From contig OY760660.1 of assembly GCA_963663995.1 (NCBI GenBank), positions 1,470,001-1,502,000 of the forward strand: DNA of 32,000 nt. Direction: 5' to 3'. Both the position numbers and the translations under genes were made by a program. Shown here in pieces: positions 7,930 through 19,800 of this stretch (its first letter is position 1; each line of letters starts with the position of its first letter). The notes below the pieces were generated by a model that saw nothing but the letters and a program-made list of their open reading frames with translations, did not search any database and was not told where the DNA came from. The stretch comes from Erysipelotrichaceae bacterium. Its GTDB lineage: Bacteria > Bacillota_I > Bacilli_A > Erysipelotrichales > Erysipelotrichaceae.

Positions 7930-8295
7930 TTATTTTTTAGTCATTGATTCACATAGATGAACTAACGTTTTAGATACGAGCTCTTTAGATGAATCATCTA
8001 AATCATAGTATTCTTTGAATTGTTGAGAACTTAAAAAAGCATAAATAAAATCAAGCGGCGATCCATAATGGCCGCTTTCTTCTAGCAAAATAGGATCGAC
8101 TAATAAATCACTAACCTTTACATTGAAGTACGCTGCAAGTTTTTGGATTGCTTCAGGGTCAGGTGATGTTAGACCTAACTCCCACTTTGAGATAGTCTGT
8201 TGAGAATAATTTAAAGCCTTAGCCAAATCTTCTTGGTTAAGGTCTTTTCTTATTCTAATTCTTTTTAATCGTTGGGCAAAATCATTTCGATCCAT
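7930..8295 (-). CDS. XRE/Cro-C1-type helix-turn-helix transcriptional regulator (121 aa)
   Basis: N-terminal HTH_3-like segment FAQRLKRIRIRKDLNQEDLAKALNYSQQTISKWELGLTSP. About 55 aa of C-terminal domain of unknown function. Its stop codon abuts the prmC stop with no intergenic base. Confidence 0.85.
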   Translation of the reverse strand: MDRNDFAQRLKRIRIRKDLNQEDLAKALNYSQQTISKWELGLTSPDPEAIQKLAAYFNVKVSDLLVDPILLEESGHYGSPLDFIYAFLSSQQFKEYYDLDDSSKELVSKTLVHLCESMTKK

Positions 8296-8318
8296 GGTTT
8301 AAATTATAGTAAGCAATA

Positions 8319-8371
8319 AGTGTATATACGCTTATATACAACTAAAAGGTGTTATGAGTTGTATATACAAC
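8319..8371. promoter_or_regulatory. Divergent promoter/operator region with three related palindromic sites
   Basis: A perfect 14-bp palindrome GTTGTATATACAAC lies at 8358-8371. Related sites are AGTGTATATACGCT (8319-8332) and CGCTTATATACAAC (8329-8342). The -10 elements are TATAAT on the minus strand (8303-8308) and TGgTAGTAT on the plus strand (8375-8383). Confidence 0.5.
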
Positions 8372-8389
8372 ATATGGTAGTATAAATTC

Positions 8390-8926
8390 ATGATTAAACT
8401 ATTAAGCTATTATCTGCTTCAAGGGTTGAGTATTGTCTTGATTTTAATAATGACACAGATAAGTCTAAGTACAAGAATACTTTTATTATCTGTTTACTGT
8501 ATTTTAATTATCTCTATAAAATCTCGTTTCTTCTATGCGAAGGATCGAAAGTTATTTTCGACATCATTTTGTTTAATAGTGTTGATATTAACTAGCTATT
8601 ATTCACTATCCGTGTTTTATAGCCTCATCTTGATAATTGTTAGTGCAGGTTCATTTTTTGAGAAGGTTATAATTGATAAAAATCTTTTATCTAAGTTAGA
8701 ACAAGTTAATGAATACATTGAACTTAGTATCTTTTCATTATCGATTGATTCTAAGAAAAATGATGATTTAAAATTTTTTCCATTACAAAGTAGAGAGTAT
8801 GCGTATCTAAGAGATCTTCTTATTTATAAGTATCCACAGTCTAATTATTCTAATAAATTTTCTACTGGAGATATAAAGTATGAGATTTTTACTTTGAAAG
8901 TCTTTGAATTAGCCTCTAAAAATTAG
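8390..8926 (+). CDS. Hypothetical multi-pass membrane protein with a soluble C-terminal region (178 aa)
   Basis: About four hydrophobic segments in the first ~90 aa (LLSYYLLQGLSIVLILI, ILLLSVYCILIISI, FCLIVLILTSYY, YSLILIIVSAGSFF), then ~85 aa of hydrophilic tail. No recognisable motif and no Shine-Dalgarno. Very AT-rich (hand counts 12/60 and 14/60 G+C in lines 8461 and 8701). Confidence 0.55.
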   Translation: MIKLLSYYLLQGLSIVLILIMTQISLSTRILLLSVYCILIISIKSRFFYAKDRKLFSTSFCLIVLILTSYYSLSVFYSLILIIVSAGSFFEKVIIDKNLLSKLEQVNEYIELSIFSLSIDSKKNDDLKFFPLQSREYAYLRDLLIYKYPQSNYSNKFSTGDIKYEIFTLKVFELASKN

Positions 8927-8928
8927 GG

Positions 8929-9564
8929 GTGAGCTATGCTAAAATGTATGGGATGAAAACCCTTCATTTAAGACAAGAGGAAATCTCTTTAGCAAGCGAT
9001 GTTTTACTTAAAGAAGGTATCCTTGCGATACCAACTGATACAGTTTATGGATTAGCTGTTCGTTATGATAGTGAAACAGCCATTTCTCATTTGCGTCAAG
9101 TTAAACAAAGACCTGAAGATAAACCTTTTGCATTGATGGTTTCTTCGCTTAAAATGATTGAAGATTTAGCTGAATTAAGTGAGCGGGATATCCGTTTAAT
9201 AGAACGAACTCTTCCTGGAGACTTAACTTATATCTTTACTAAAAAAGAAGCGTTAAAAGAAGGGTATTTCAAAGAGGCAAAAACGATTGCATTTAGAATG
9301 CCTAAGGACGATTTTGTTTTAAGACTGATCAATCATTTAGGGGTAGGACTACTTGTTCCTAGTGCAAATATCAGTGGTGAAAAGGCCTGTGTTAACAGCG
9401 ATGAAGTCAGACAAGTTTTCGATGATGTAATTGAAGGTATTGTGCTTGGTCAAAGTGGACAAGCAGAGGCTTCTACGATTATTGATGCTAGCCAAGAGAC
9501 TTTAAAAGTTTTACGACAAGGGAAAGCACAATTAGAAGACATACTTAGAAAGGTAAAGGAATAA
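8929..9564 (+). CDS. tsaC: L-threonylcarbamoyladenylate synthase, short YrdC/TsaC type (YwlC position)
   Basis: YrdC-domain motifs ILAIPTDTVYGLA, KQRPEDKPFALMV, VPSANISGE. Sits in the ywlC position upstream of rpiB-glyA. The start is ambiguous (GTG 8929, ATG 8944 or ATG 8953). Confidence 0.85.
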   Translation: MSYAKMYGMKTLHLRQEEISLASDVLLKEGILAIPTDTVYGLAVRYDSETAISHLRQVKQRPEDKPFALMVSSLKMIEDLAELSERDIRLIERTLPGDLTYIFTKKEALKEGYFKEAKTIAFRMPKDDFVLRLINHLGVGLLVPSANISGEKACVNSDEVRQVFDDVIEGIVLGQSGQAEASTIIDASQETLKVLRQGKAQLEDILRKVKE

Positions 9565-9566
9565 TC

Positions 9567-10019
9567 ATGGAAATTGCTTTAGCATGTGATCATGGGGCTT
9601 TTGAACATAAGGAAGCGCTCAAGAAACATTTAGAAGAAAAAGGCTATACGGTAAACGACTTTGGACCTTTTACAGAAGAGTCTGTTGATTATCCTGATAC
9701 TGTTTATCCAGCCTGTGATTATGTACGAACACATCCTGAAAGTTTGGGAATTGTAATGTGTGGTACAGGTATTGGTGCAAGTATTGTGGCCAATAAAGTT
9801 AAGGGAATTAGATGTGCATTAGTATATGATGTAGAAGTTGCGAAAATAACACGTGAACACAATAACTCAAACGTACTTGCCAGTGGTGGACGTTTAGTGA
9901 GTGTAGAAAAGATGTTAGAGATTGCAGATATGTGGTTATCAACGGCGTTTAGCGAGGATGCTCGTCATCAACGTCGTATCGATAAAATTTCAACAGTGGA
10001 GGAAAAAGAAGATGAATGA
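9567..10019 (+). CDS. rpiB: Ribose-5-phosphate isomerase B (RpiB/LacA/LacB family)
   Basis: [35 protein letters not shown], 150 aa. Sits in the ywlF position. Confidence 0.9.
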   Translation: MEIALACDHGAFEHKEALKKHLEEKGYTVNDFGPFTEESVDYPDTVYPACDYVRTHPESLGIVMCGTGIGASIVANKVKGIRCALVYDVEVAKITREHNNSNVLASGGRLVSVEKMLEIADMWLSTAFSEDARHQRRIDKISTVEEKEDE

Positions 10020-11223
10020 TAAGGCTTTAGAACAAGCAATACAAAAAGAAGCAGAACGTCAACATTTAAACATTGAACTTATTGCTTCTGAAAACTATGT
10101 GTCAGAAGATGTTTTAGAAGCAGTGGGGAGTATTTTAACTAATAAATATGCAGAAGGTTATCCTGGTAAACGATACTATGGTGGCTGTGAAGAAGTAGAT
10201 GTAGCTGAGCAATTAGCGATTGATCGTGCCTGTGAAATTTTTGGTGCAGAACACGCGAATGTACAACCACACTCTGGCTCACAAGCAAACATGGGTGTTT
10301 ACTTCGCAATCTTAGAACCAGGCGATACTGTTTTAGGTATGGACTTAGCTGCAGGTGGTCACTTAACCCATGGTCATCCATTAAGTTTCTCTGGTAAACT
10401 TTATGATTTCAAATCTTATGGTGTAGATAAAGAAACACATCGTATTGATTATGATGCATTAGAAAAACAAGCTTTAGAAGTTAAGCCAAAACTAATTGTT
10501 GCTGGAGCAAGTGCTTATCCATTTATCCTAGATTTCCCACGCTTTAAAGAAATCGCTGATAAAATAGGTGCTTATTTAATGGTTGATATGGCTCACATTG
10601 CAGGTTTAGTTGCAGCAGGCGTGCATCCATCTCCAGTACCTTATGCTGATTTTGTAACAACCACAACTCATAAGACTTTAAGAGGTCCTCGTGGGGGTAT
10701 GGTTTTATGTAAAAAAGAACATGCAGCAATTTTAGATAAAGTTGTTTTCCCTGGAATTCAAGGGGGTCCGCTTATGCATGTTGTTGCCGGTAAAGCAGCT
10801 TGTTTCTATGAAGCTTTACAACCTGAATTCAAAACATATGCAAAACAAGTTGTTGATAATATGCAAGCATTGGTTGATGAACTTAAAAAAGAAGGTTTCA
10901 CTTTAGTGGGTGATGGTTCAGAAAATCATATGTGTTTAGTAAATGTTAAAGCGTCTGTTGGTTTAAGTGGTAAGAAATCTGAAAAGATTTTAGATGAAGT
11001 TGGTATTACATGTAATAAAAACTCAATCCCATTTGACCCAGAAAAACCATTTGTTACATCAGGTATTCGTTTAGGATCTGCCGCTATGACAACACGTGGC
11101 TTTAAAGAAGAAGAATTTAGACAAGTGGCAAGATGGATTAAACGTGCATTAACAAATGCTGACAATGAAGAAGCATTAGCTGAAATTAAAAAAGAAGTTG
11201 TTGTGCTTACATCTAAACACTAA
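10012..11223 (+). CDS. glyA: Serine hydroxymethyltransferase
   Basis: [40 protein letters not shown] (PLP lysine). I place the start at ATG 10012 (MNDKALEQ) because GGAGG at 9998-10002 lies 9 nt upstream. The track's 9922 start is an in-frame read-through inside rpiB. Confidence 0.95.
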   Translation: MNDKALEQAIQKEAERQHLNIELIASENYVSEDVLEAVGSILTNKYAEGYPGKRYYGGCEEVDVAEQLAIDRACEIFGAEHANVQPHSGSQANMGVYFAILEPGDTVLGMDLAAGGHLTHGHPLSFSGKLYDFKSYGVDKETHRIDYDALEKQALEVKPKLIVAGASAYPFILDFPRFKEIADKIGAYLMVDMAHIAGLVAAGVHPSPVPYADFVTTTTHKTLRGPRGGMVLCKKEHAAILDKVVFPGIQGGPLMHVVAGKAACFYEALQPEFKTYAKQVVDNMQALVDELKKEGFTLVGDGSENHMCLVNVKASVGLSGKKSEKILDEVGITCNKNSIPFDPEKPFVTSGIRLGSAAMTTRGFKEEEFRQVARWIKRALTNADNEEALAEIKKEVVVLTSKH

Positions 11224-11235
11224 GGAGTTATTAAA

Positions 11236-11856
11236 ATGTTAAAAGTATTAGATCACCCATTAATTACGCACAAGTTAACACAAATGCGTCAAACAAGTAC
11301 CGGGACAAAAGATTTTCGTCAAAATTTAGATGAAATTGCAGGCTTAATGGCTTATGAAATTACACGTGATATTCCAACTGAAGAAGTTGAAATTGAAACA
11401 CCAGTCGCACCAACCAAAACACGCGAAGTTAAAAAAGAAATTGTATTAGTTCCAATTCTTAGAGCAGGTTTAGGAATGGTGGATGGTATTCATCGTTTGA
11501 TTCCAACAGCTAAAGTAGGGTTTGTTGGTTTATATCGTGATGAAGAAACTTTAGAACCTCATGAATACTATGCGAAATTCCCTTCAAATCTAGCTGAAGC
11601 GGAAGTTATGGTTTTAGATCCAATGTTAGCAACGGGTGGTTCTGCATCCGCAGCGATTTCATTAATTAAAAAACGTGGCGCAAAAAGTATTAAGTTAGTT
11701 TGCTTAGTAGGAGCGCCGGAAGGTGTTTCAGTTATTGAAAAAGATCATCCAGATGTTGATATCTATTTAGCAGCACTTGATGAAAAACTAAATGACAAGG
11801 GCTATATTGTTCCAGGTCTAGGTGATGCTGGAGACAGAATTTTCGGTACAAAATAA
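11236..11856 (+). CDS. upp: Uracil phosphoribosyltransferase
   Basis: [19 protein letters not shown]-terminus, PRPP loop [12 protein letters not shown]-terminal [17 protein letters not shown]. Confidence 0.95.
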   Translation: MLKVLDHPLITHKLTQMRQTSTGTKDFRQNLDEIAGLMAYEITRDIPTEEVEIETPVAPTKTREVKKEIVLVPILRAGLGMVDGIHRLIPTAKVGFVGLYRDEETLEPHEYYAKFPSNLAEAEVMVLDPMLATGGSASAAISLIKKRGAKSIKLVCLVGAPEGVSVIEKDHPDVDIYLAALDEKLNDKGYIVPGLGDAGDRIFGTK

Positions 11857-11858
11857 AG

Positions 11859-11882
11859 AAAGGGTTTTCATACCCTTTTTTT
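11859..11882 (+). terminator. Rho-independent terminator after upp
   Basis: aaagggt (11859-11865) pairs with acccttt (11872-11878), with a 6-nt loop, then a T-run to 11882. Confidence 0.7.
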
Positions 11883-11891
11883 GTGAAATTG

Positions 11892-11921
11892 TTAACAATT
11901 AGACAAAAACTGTGCTAAAAT
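11892..11921 (+). promoter_or_regulatory. Putative atp operon promoter
   Basis: TTAACA (11892-11897), an 18-nt spacer, then TGc-TAAAAT (hexamer 11916-11921). Only 9 nt separate the -10 from the ATG at 11931, and there is no Shine-Dalgarno. Confidence 0.4.
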
Positions 11922-11930
11922 AAAAACGCA

Positions 11931-12293
11931 ATGAAAGAATTAACTCAATCTTCAACAAAGGGTTTCTGGATTGCAACAGGACTTATTACACTAAGTCTTA
12001 CTATCATTAATATCAGTTATGGCATTGGATATGGTTTAGGAATTATCACTTCACTCTTAAGTTTGAAACTGCTGGTTTATCAAATAGATCAGATGATGTT
12101 TTACAAAAAATTTAATGCGTGGATTGGCATACCTTTCTATATACTTAAATCCTTTCTATTTGTCATACCGATGGTAGCAGCAATTCTTTGGCCAAATTGG
12201 ATTAATCTGTTTGCAGCTGTTGCGGGCTTATTAAGTCCAAAATTAATGTTTTATATCTCTGAATTATTAATAAAAAAGGAGTCCCATGGTTAA
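11931..12293 (+). CDS. atpI: ATP synthase protein I-like small membrane protein
   Basis: 120 aa with about four hydrophobic helices. First gene of the atp operon, directly upstream of and overlapping atpB. Confidence 0.6.
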   Translation: MKELTQSSTKGFWIATGLITLSLTIINISYGIGYGLGIITSLLSLKLLVYQIDQMMFYKKFNAWIGIPFYILKSFLFVIPMVAAILWPNWINLFAAVAGLLSPKLMFYISELLIKKESHG

Positions 12294-12975
12294 ATCAATA
12301 CAAGTTGAAATTCTATCAATCTTAATTATTACTACCATTTTACTAGGGCTCTTTTATTTTTTAGGTAAAAAAGTCAAAACAGCAGATGTTCTAGAGAAAC
12401 CAAATAAAATTGTAACAATCGTTATTCTTGTTCATGATTTCTTTAAAGACTTTACAGAAAGTAATATGGGTAAAAAAGCGGCTATTGCTTATACACCTTA
12501 TGTTGCATCGCTTGGGATTTATCTAGTGTTTGCTAATTTATCAGGTTTATTTGGTTTAACCTCACCTACAGCAAACTATAGTGTAACTTTAACCCTAGCT
12601 TTGATTACCTTCGTATTTATTCAATACACAAAAATTAAAGTTAATGGATTTGGTGGATTCTTACATGGGTTTATCGAACCATATGCACCATTTGTTGTCA
12701 TGAATGTATTTGGAACCATTTCACCACTGATTTCAATGTCACTTCGTTTATTTGGAAATATGACTGCTGGTACAGTCTTAATGTTGTTGTTCTATCAATT
12801 CACAGCATATATTTCAAGTTTTATTCCTGTTGTTGGTGCACTCAATATCTTTGGGATAGCGATTGCTCCAGCACTTCATGCATACTTTGATGTCTTTGCA
12901 GGTTTGATTCAAACTTACATTTTCATCAGTTTAACAACGATCTTGGTTGGGGTAGAAATTCCCCAAGAAGAATAA
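12286..12975 (+). CDS. atpB: F0F1 ATP synthase subunit a
   Basis: Conserved stator Arg motif SLRLFGNMTAG. Polytopic membrane protein of 229 aa, in the expected operon position. Confidence 0.9.
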   Translation: MVKSIQVEILSILIITTILLGLFYFLGKKVKTADVLEKPNKIVTIVILVHDFFKDFTESNMGKKAAIAYTPYVASLGIYLVFANLSGLFGLTSPTANYSVTLTLALITFVFIQYTKIKVNGFGGFLHGFIEPYAPFVVMNVFGTISPLISMSLRLFGNMTAGTVLMLLFYQFTAYISSFIPVVGALNIFGIAIAPALHAYFDVFAGLIQTYIFISLTTILVGVEIPQEE

Positions 12976-13236
<261 letters not shown>

Positions 13237-13266
13237 GAATTTTAAAACAGGAAGTGTGGTAGCAAG

Positions 13267-13776
13267 ATGAATTTAAATATTGATATTGCCGGTCAACTGT
13301 TTCCTGATGTACTGACGATGATTGTGCAACTAGCCGCAACAGCGGTCTTGTTCTATGGTTTCAAAAAGTTGTTATGGGCACCAATCCAAACTTACTTAGA
13401 GAAACGTGCACAACATGCTGATGCGCTATTAAAAGAAGCACATGATGCTAACTCGGTTGCTCGTGCTAACCAACTTCAATCTGAAGTGATGTTAACTGAA
13501 GCAGCTAAAGAAGCTAAGCAAATCATCGAAAATGGCAAAGTTGAAGGAGTTCGAGTTAAAGATCAACTCATTCAAACAGGTAAACTTGCAGCCGATGCAA
13601 AACTAGAATCAGCAACTCGTGAAATCGATCATCAAAGACGAATTTTACGCAGCGAAATTGAAGGCGAAATTGTGGATGTCGCACTTTTAGCCGCATCTAA
13701 ATTACTTGAAGGGAAAATTGACGAAGCCGAGGATCGTCGTCAGATCCAAAGCATGGTCAAGAATGTACGTAACTAA
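13267..13776 (+). CDS. atpF: F0F1 ATP synthase subunit b
   Basis: A single N-terminal TM helix, then a long charged coiled-coil. Expected operon position. Confidence 0.85.
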   Translation: MNLNIDIAGQLFPDVLTMIVQLAATAVLFYGFKKLLWAPIQTYLEKRAQHADALLKEAHDANSVARANQLQSEVMLTEAAKEAKQIIENGKVEGVRVKDQLIQTGKLAADAKLESATREIDHQRRILRSEIEGEIVDVALLAASKLLEGKIDEAEDRRQIQSMVKNVRN

Positions 13777-14312
13777 TGAGTAAGTTAGCGTCACGTTATG
13801 CCCAAGCGCTTTACGATTTATCCGTTGAAGAAAATTTAGAAGAAAAGTGTTTAGTAGAACTTAAAACGATTAAGGAATTATTTGATGATAATCCTGGTTT
13901 AGATAAGCTATTAGCACAAACTCAAATTTCTAAGGATGAAAAGAAGAAACTTCTTGATGAAGTCTTTGGTTGGGCTCACCCATACATTTTGAATACTTTA
14001 AAACTGTTGGTTGATAAACAACGTACGCAGATAGTCGTGGATTTGTGTAAAACCTTCCGTGAGTTATATAACAATGCTCACAATATTGTTCAAGGTGTTG
14101 CATACACAACCATTCCCTTAAGTGATGATGAACTACACACACTTGAGAAAGATTTAAGTTTAAAAGAATCGAAGACAATTGAGTTAATCAATCGTATAGA
14201 TCCAACCCTTGTTAAAGGGATAAAAATTCGCTACGGCGATAAAGTACTTGATGCGTCCTTAAAAGCACGTATTCAAGGCTTAAGAGATAGTTTAATTGAA
14301 GGAAGGTCATAA
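13776..14312 (+). CDS. atpH: F0F1 ATP synthase subunit delta (OSCP)
   Basis: [15 protein letters not shown]-terminus typical of delta/OSCP. TAATG overlap with atpF. Confidence 0.85.
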   Translation: MSKLASRYAQALYDLSVEENLEEKCLVELKTIKELFDDNPGLDKLLAQTQISKDEKKKLLDEVFGWAHPYILNTLKLLVDKQRTQIVVDLCKTFRELYNNAHNIVQGVAYTTIPLSDDELHTLEKDLSLKESKTIELINRIDPTLVKGIKIRYGDKVLDASLKARIQGLRDSLIEGRS

Positions 14313-14314
14313 GG

Positions 14315-15837
14315 ATGGAAATTAGACCCGAAGAGATTTCTGCGTTAATAAAAGATCGCATTCAACATTACGCAGATGAAATCGATGAAAAAGATGTTGG
14401 TGTTGTCATCAAAGTTGGTGATGGGATCGCTATTGTTAATGGCTTAAGTGATGCCATGGCTGGTGAACTATTGGACTTTGGTAACGATATTAGAGGTATG
14501 GTACTTAACTTAGAAGAAGATTCTGTTGGGTGCGTACTTTTAGGTAGCGATCGAGACATTAAAGAAGGTGGCACAGTCACACGTACTAAAAAAATTGTTG
14601 AAGTTCCAGTTGGGGATGAACTTTTAGGTCGTGTTGTTAATGCATTAGGTGAAGCAATTGATGGTGGTCCAGCGATTACTTCTAAGAAGATGCGTCCAAT
14701 TGAACGTGTTGCACCAGGTGTTATGACTCGTAAATCAGTTGATCAACCAGTTCAAACTGGTCTTAAAATCATTGACTCAATGATTCCGATTGGTCGTGGA
14801 CAACGTGAACTTATCATTGGCGATAGACAAACGGGTAAAACCGCTATTGCGATTGATACCATCCTAAATCAAAAAGACCAAGATATGATTTGTATCTATG
14901 TTGCGATTGGTCAAAAAGCGTCAACTGTAGCACAAATCGTTGAAAGACTTCGTAATGAAAAAGCACTTGATTACACAGTTGTTGTTTCGGCAACAGCAAG
15001 TGAACTTGCACCTTTACAATATATGGCTCCATATACTGGTTGTGCGATTGGTGAAGAGTGGTTAGAACAAGGTAAAGACGTTCTGATTGTTTATGATGAT
15101 TTATCAAAACACGCTGTTGCTTACCGTACAATGTCCTTATTATTACGTCGTCCACCAGGTCGTGAAGCGTATCCTGGGGATGTATTCTATCTACACTCAC
15201 GTCTTCTTGAAAGAGCATGTCGTTTAAATGAAGCAAATGGGGGTGGTTCAATTACTGCTCTACCGATCATTGAAACACAAGCAGGTGATATCTCAGCCTA
15301 TATCCCTACAAATGTTATTTCAATTACTGACGGACAATTATTCTTACAAACTGAGTTATTTAACTCAGGGGCTCGTCCTGCCGTTGATTCAGGTCTATCT
15401 GTTTCACGTGTTGGATCTGCAGCTCAAACTAAAGCAATGAAACAAGTATCTTCAAGTTTAAAACTTGAATTAGCACAATATCGTGAATTATTAGCGTTTG
15501 CGCAATTTGGTTCTGATTTAGATGCAAGTACCAAATCTGTTATTGATCATGGAGCTCGTTTAACTGAACTCTTAAAACAAGGCCAATATTCACCATTAAC
15601 AATGGCGCATACTGTACTTTCACTATTTAGTGCTAAACATCGTTTTATTAAAGAAGTTCCAGTAGAAAATATTGTTGAATATCAAGAAAATTTATTAGCA
15701 GGTTTTGATCGTGATTACGCAGATCTTGTTAAAGAAATTGAAGATAAAAAAGCGATTTCTGAGGATTTAGAAATAAAACTCAAAAAAGCTATGGATCAAT
15801 TAACTAAACAGTACGTAAAGGTGAGTAGTAAAGCGTA

Positions 15838-15838
<1 letters not shown>
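14315..15838 (+). CDS. atpA: F0F1 ATP synthase subunit alpha
   Basis: Walker [26 protein letters not shown], 507 aa. Confidence 0.95.
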
Positions 15839-18107
<2,269 letters not shown>

Positions 18108-18110
18108 AAT

Positions 18111-18500
18111 ATGTTTAGAGTCAGAGTGGTTACACCTGAAGCAAGTGAACGTGACTTTAGATGTACACAACTGAATATTGATACACCTAGTGGACAAATG
18201 GGGATTTTAAGTCACCATATGCCACTTGTGACAAAGATTAACATTTCAATGTTAACAACGATTCATGAAGGTGAACGTAAACGTTATGCAATTTCTGGTG
18301 GTGTTTTATTCTTCCAAGATAATGAAGCGACGATTATGGCTGATGCTTTTGAACATGAAGGTGAAATCGATATTTCTCGTGCAGAAAAAGCTAAACAAAG
18401 AGCTGAGCAACGTTTAAAAGCAGCCGATGAATCAATTGATTATAAACGTGCTGAATTAGCTTTAAAAAGAGCTATTAATCGAATCAGTTTAAAAGGTTAA
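18111..18500 (+). CDS. atpC: F0F1 ATP synthase subunit epsilon
   Basis: 129 aa with a beta-sandwich N-terminal part and a helical C-terminus (RAEKAKQRAEQRL). Last atp gene. Confidence 0.85.
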   Translation: MFRVRVVTPEASERDFRCTQLNIDTPSGQMGILSHHMPLVTKINISMLTTIHEGERKRYAISGGVLFFQDNEATIMADAFEHEGEIDISRAEKAKQRAEQRLKAADESIDYKRAELALKRAINRISLKG

Positions 18501-18501
18501 T

Positions 18502-18699
18502 ATGAACCAAATTGTTTTAATTACATTATATTTTGTATTCTTTGCACTCAGCCTATATGGTTTGAGTGCGTTTGATTTTAAGAAAGTATTTCACTCAGCA
18601 AAAACAACACAGTCACAAATTCTTGTCTTATTATTAGCAATGTGTATAGCATACTTATCAGTGCAATTTTTATTGGGAATTACATTCTCACTATCTTAA
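18502..18699 (+). CDS. Small two-helix membrane protein (DUF1146 / YwzB-like position after atpC)
   Basis: 65 aa with two hydrophobic helices. Occupies the slot held by ywzB immediately after atpC in Bacillus. Confidence 0.5.
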   Translation: MNQIVLITLYFVFFALSLYGLSAFDFKKVFHSAKTTQSQILVLLLAMCIAYLSVQFLLGITFSLS

Positions 18700-18710
18700 A
18701 TTTACACACA

Positions 18711-18719
18711 TGATATAAT
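18711..18719 (+). promoter_or_regulatory. Extended -10 promoter element for mreB-like gene
   Basis: TGaTATAAT at 18711-18719, about 30 nt upstream of the AGGAGG (18737-18742) and the ATG at 18752. Confidence 0.4.
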
Positions 18720-18751
18720 AAGTTGTACTTTCATTTAGGAGGCTATTTTTT

Positions 18752-19741
18752 ATGGCATTTTCAAAAGCCGTTGGCATTGACTTAGGTACAGCAAACGTCC
18801 TTATTTATGTAAAGGGCGAGGGGATCGTATTAGACGAACCATCTGTTGTAGCTATTGAAGTAGAAACAAAAAAATCACTCGCAGTAGGGAACGAAGCTAA
18901 AATGATGTTAGGTCGTACTCCTGGTCGAGTTCAAGCAATACGTCCACTTAAAGATGGAGTTATTGCAGACTTTGAAGTCACAGAAATGATGTTAGATTAT
19001 TTCATTAAGAAATTAAAATTAAAGGGTGTTTTCTCACGTCCTACTATTTTAATTTGCTGTCCTTCAAATATTACATCTGTTGAACGTAACGCGATCCGTG
19101 ATGCAGCTTATCGCGCGGGCGCAAAAAAAGTTTACATTGAAGAAGAACCAAAAGTTGCAGCAATCGGTGCTGGTCTTGATATCTCTAAGCCTACTGGAAA
19201 CATGGTTTTAGATATTGGTGGTGGTACAACAGATGTTGCGATTTTATCATTAGGTGAAATTGTTACTTCAACATCACTTAAAATTGCAGGGGATAGAATG
19301 GATCGTGACATTATAAAATATGTTAAAGATACATATAAACTCTTAATCGGTGATCGTACTGCAGAACAAGTTAAAACAACAATTGGAACTGCATGGCGTG
19401 GTTCAAGAAAAGATAAAATGGACATTAGTGGTCGTGACTTAGTTACAGGTTTACCGCATACGATTTCTATTACATCTGATGAAGTAGAACTCGCAATTCA
19501 TGAAAGTCTACAAGAAATTGTTCGTGCTTGTCGTGTTGTCTTAGAACAAACACCTCCTGAACTATCTAGTGATATCGTAACCCGTGGTATAGTCATTACC
19601 GGTGGTGGTGCTTTACTTGATGGTTTAGATCAAATGTTAATGAACGAACTTGGTGTTCCTGTATATGTTGCTGAAAACGCATTAAGATGTGTTGCAGAAG
19701 GTACAGGCATCATGTTAGAAAACTTACATATAGTTGCTTAA
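18752..19741 (+). CDS. mreB: Rod-shape-determining actin homolog MreB/Mbl
   Basis: Actin-fold phosphate motifs GIDLGTANVLIYV and VLDIGGGTTDVAILS, plus GIVITGGGALLDGL. No mreC or mreD downstream, so the position is Mbl-like. Confidence 0.9.
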   Translation: MAFSKAVGIDLGTANVLIYVKGEGIVLDEPSVVAIEVETKKSLAVGNEAKMMLGRTPGRVQAIRPLKDGVIADFEVTEMMLDYFIKKLKLKGVFSRPTILICCPSNITSVERNAIRDAAYRAGAKKVYIEEEPKVAAIGAGLDISKPTGNMVLDIGGGTTDVAILSLGEIVTSTSLKIAGDRMDRDIIKYVKDTYKLLIGDRTAEQVKTTIGTAWRGSRKDKMDISGRDLVTGLPHTISITSDEVELAIHESLQEIVRACRVVLEQTPPELSSDIVTRGIVITGGGALLDGLDQMLMNELGVPVYVAENALRCVAEGTGIMLENLHIVA

Positions 19742-19742
19742 G

Positions 19743-19767
19743 ACTACCCAATTGGGTAGTTTTTTTA
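19743..19767 (+). terminator. Rho-independent terminator after mreB
   Basis: Palindrome ACTACCCAATTGGGTAGT (19743-19760) followed by seven T residues. Confidence 0.75.
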
Positions 19768-19800
19768 TGGGAAAAGCACTTATTGAGCATATAAGATAGT

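Noticed and set aside
9922-10011. A 30-codon N-terminal extension of glyA given in the ORF track
   Set aside because: The extension lies inside rpiB in another frame and has no SHMT-like sequence. GGAGG at 9998-10002 and the conserved SHMT N-terminus (MNDKALEQ ...) point to ATG 10012.
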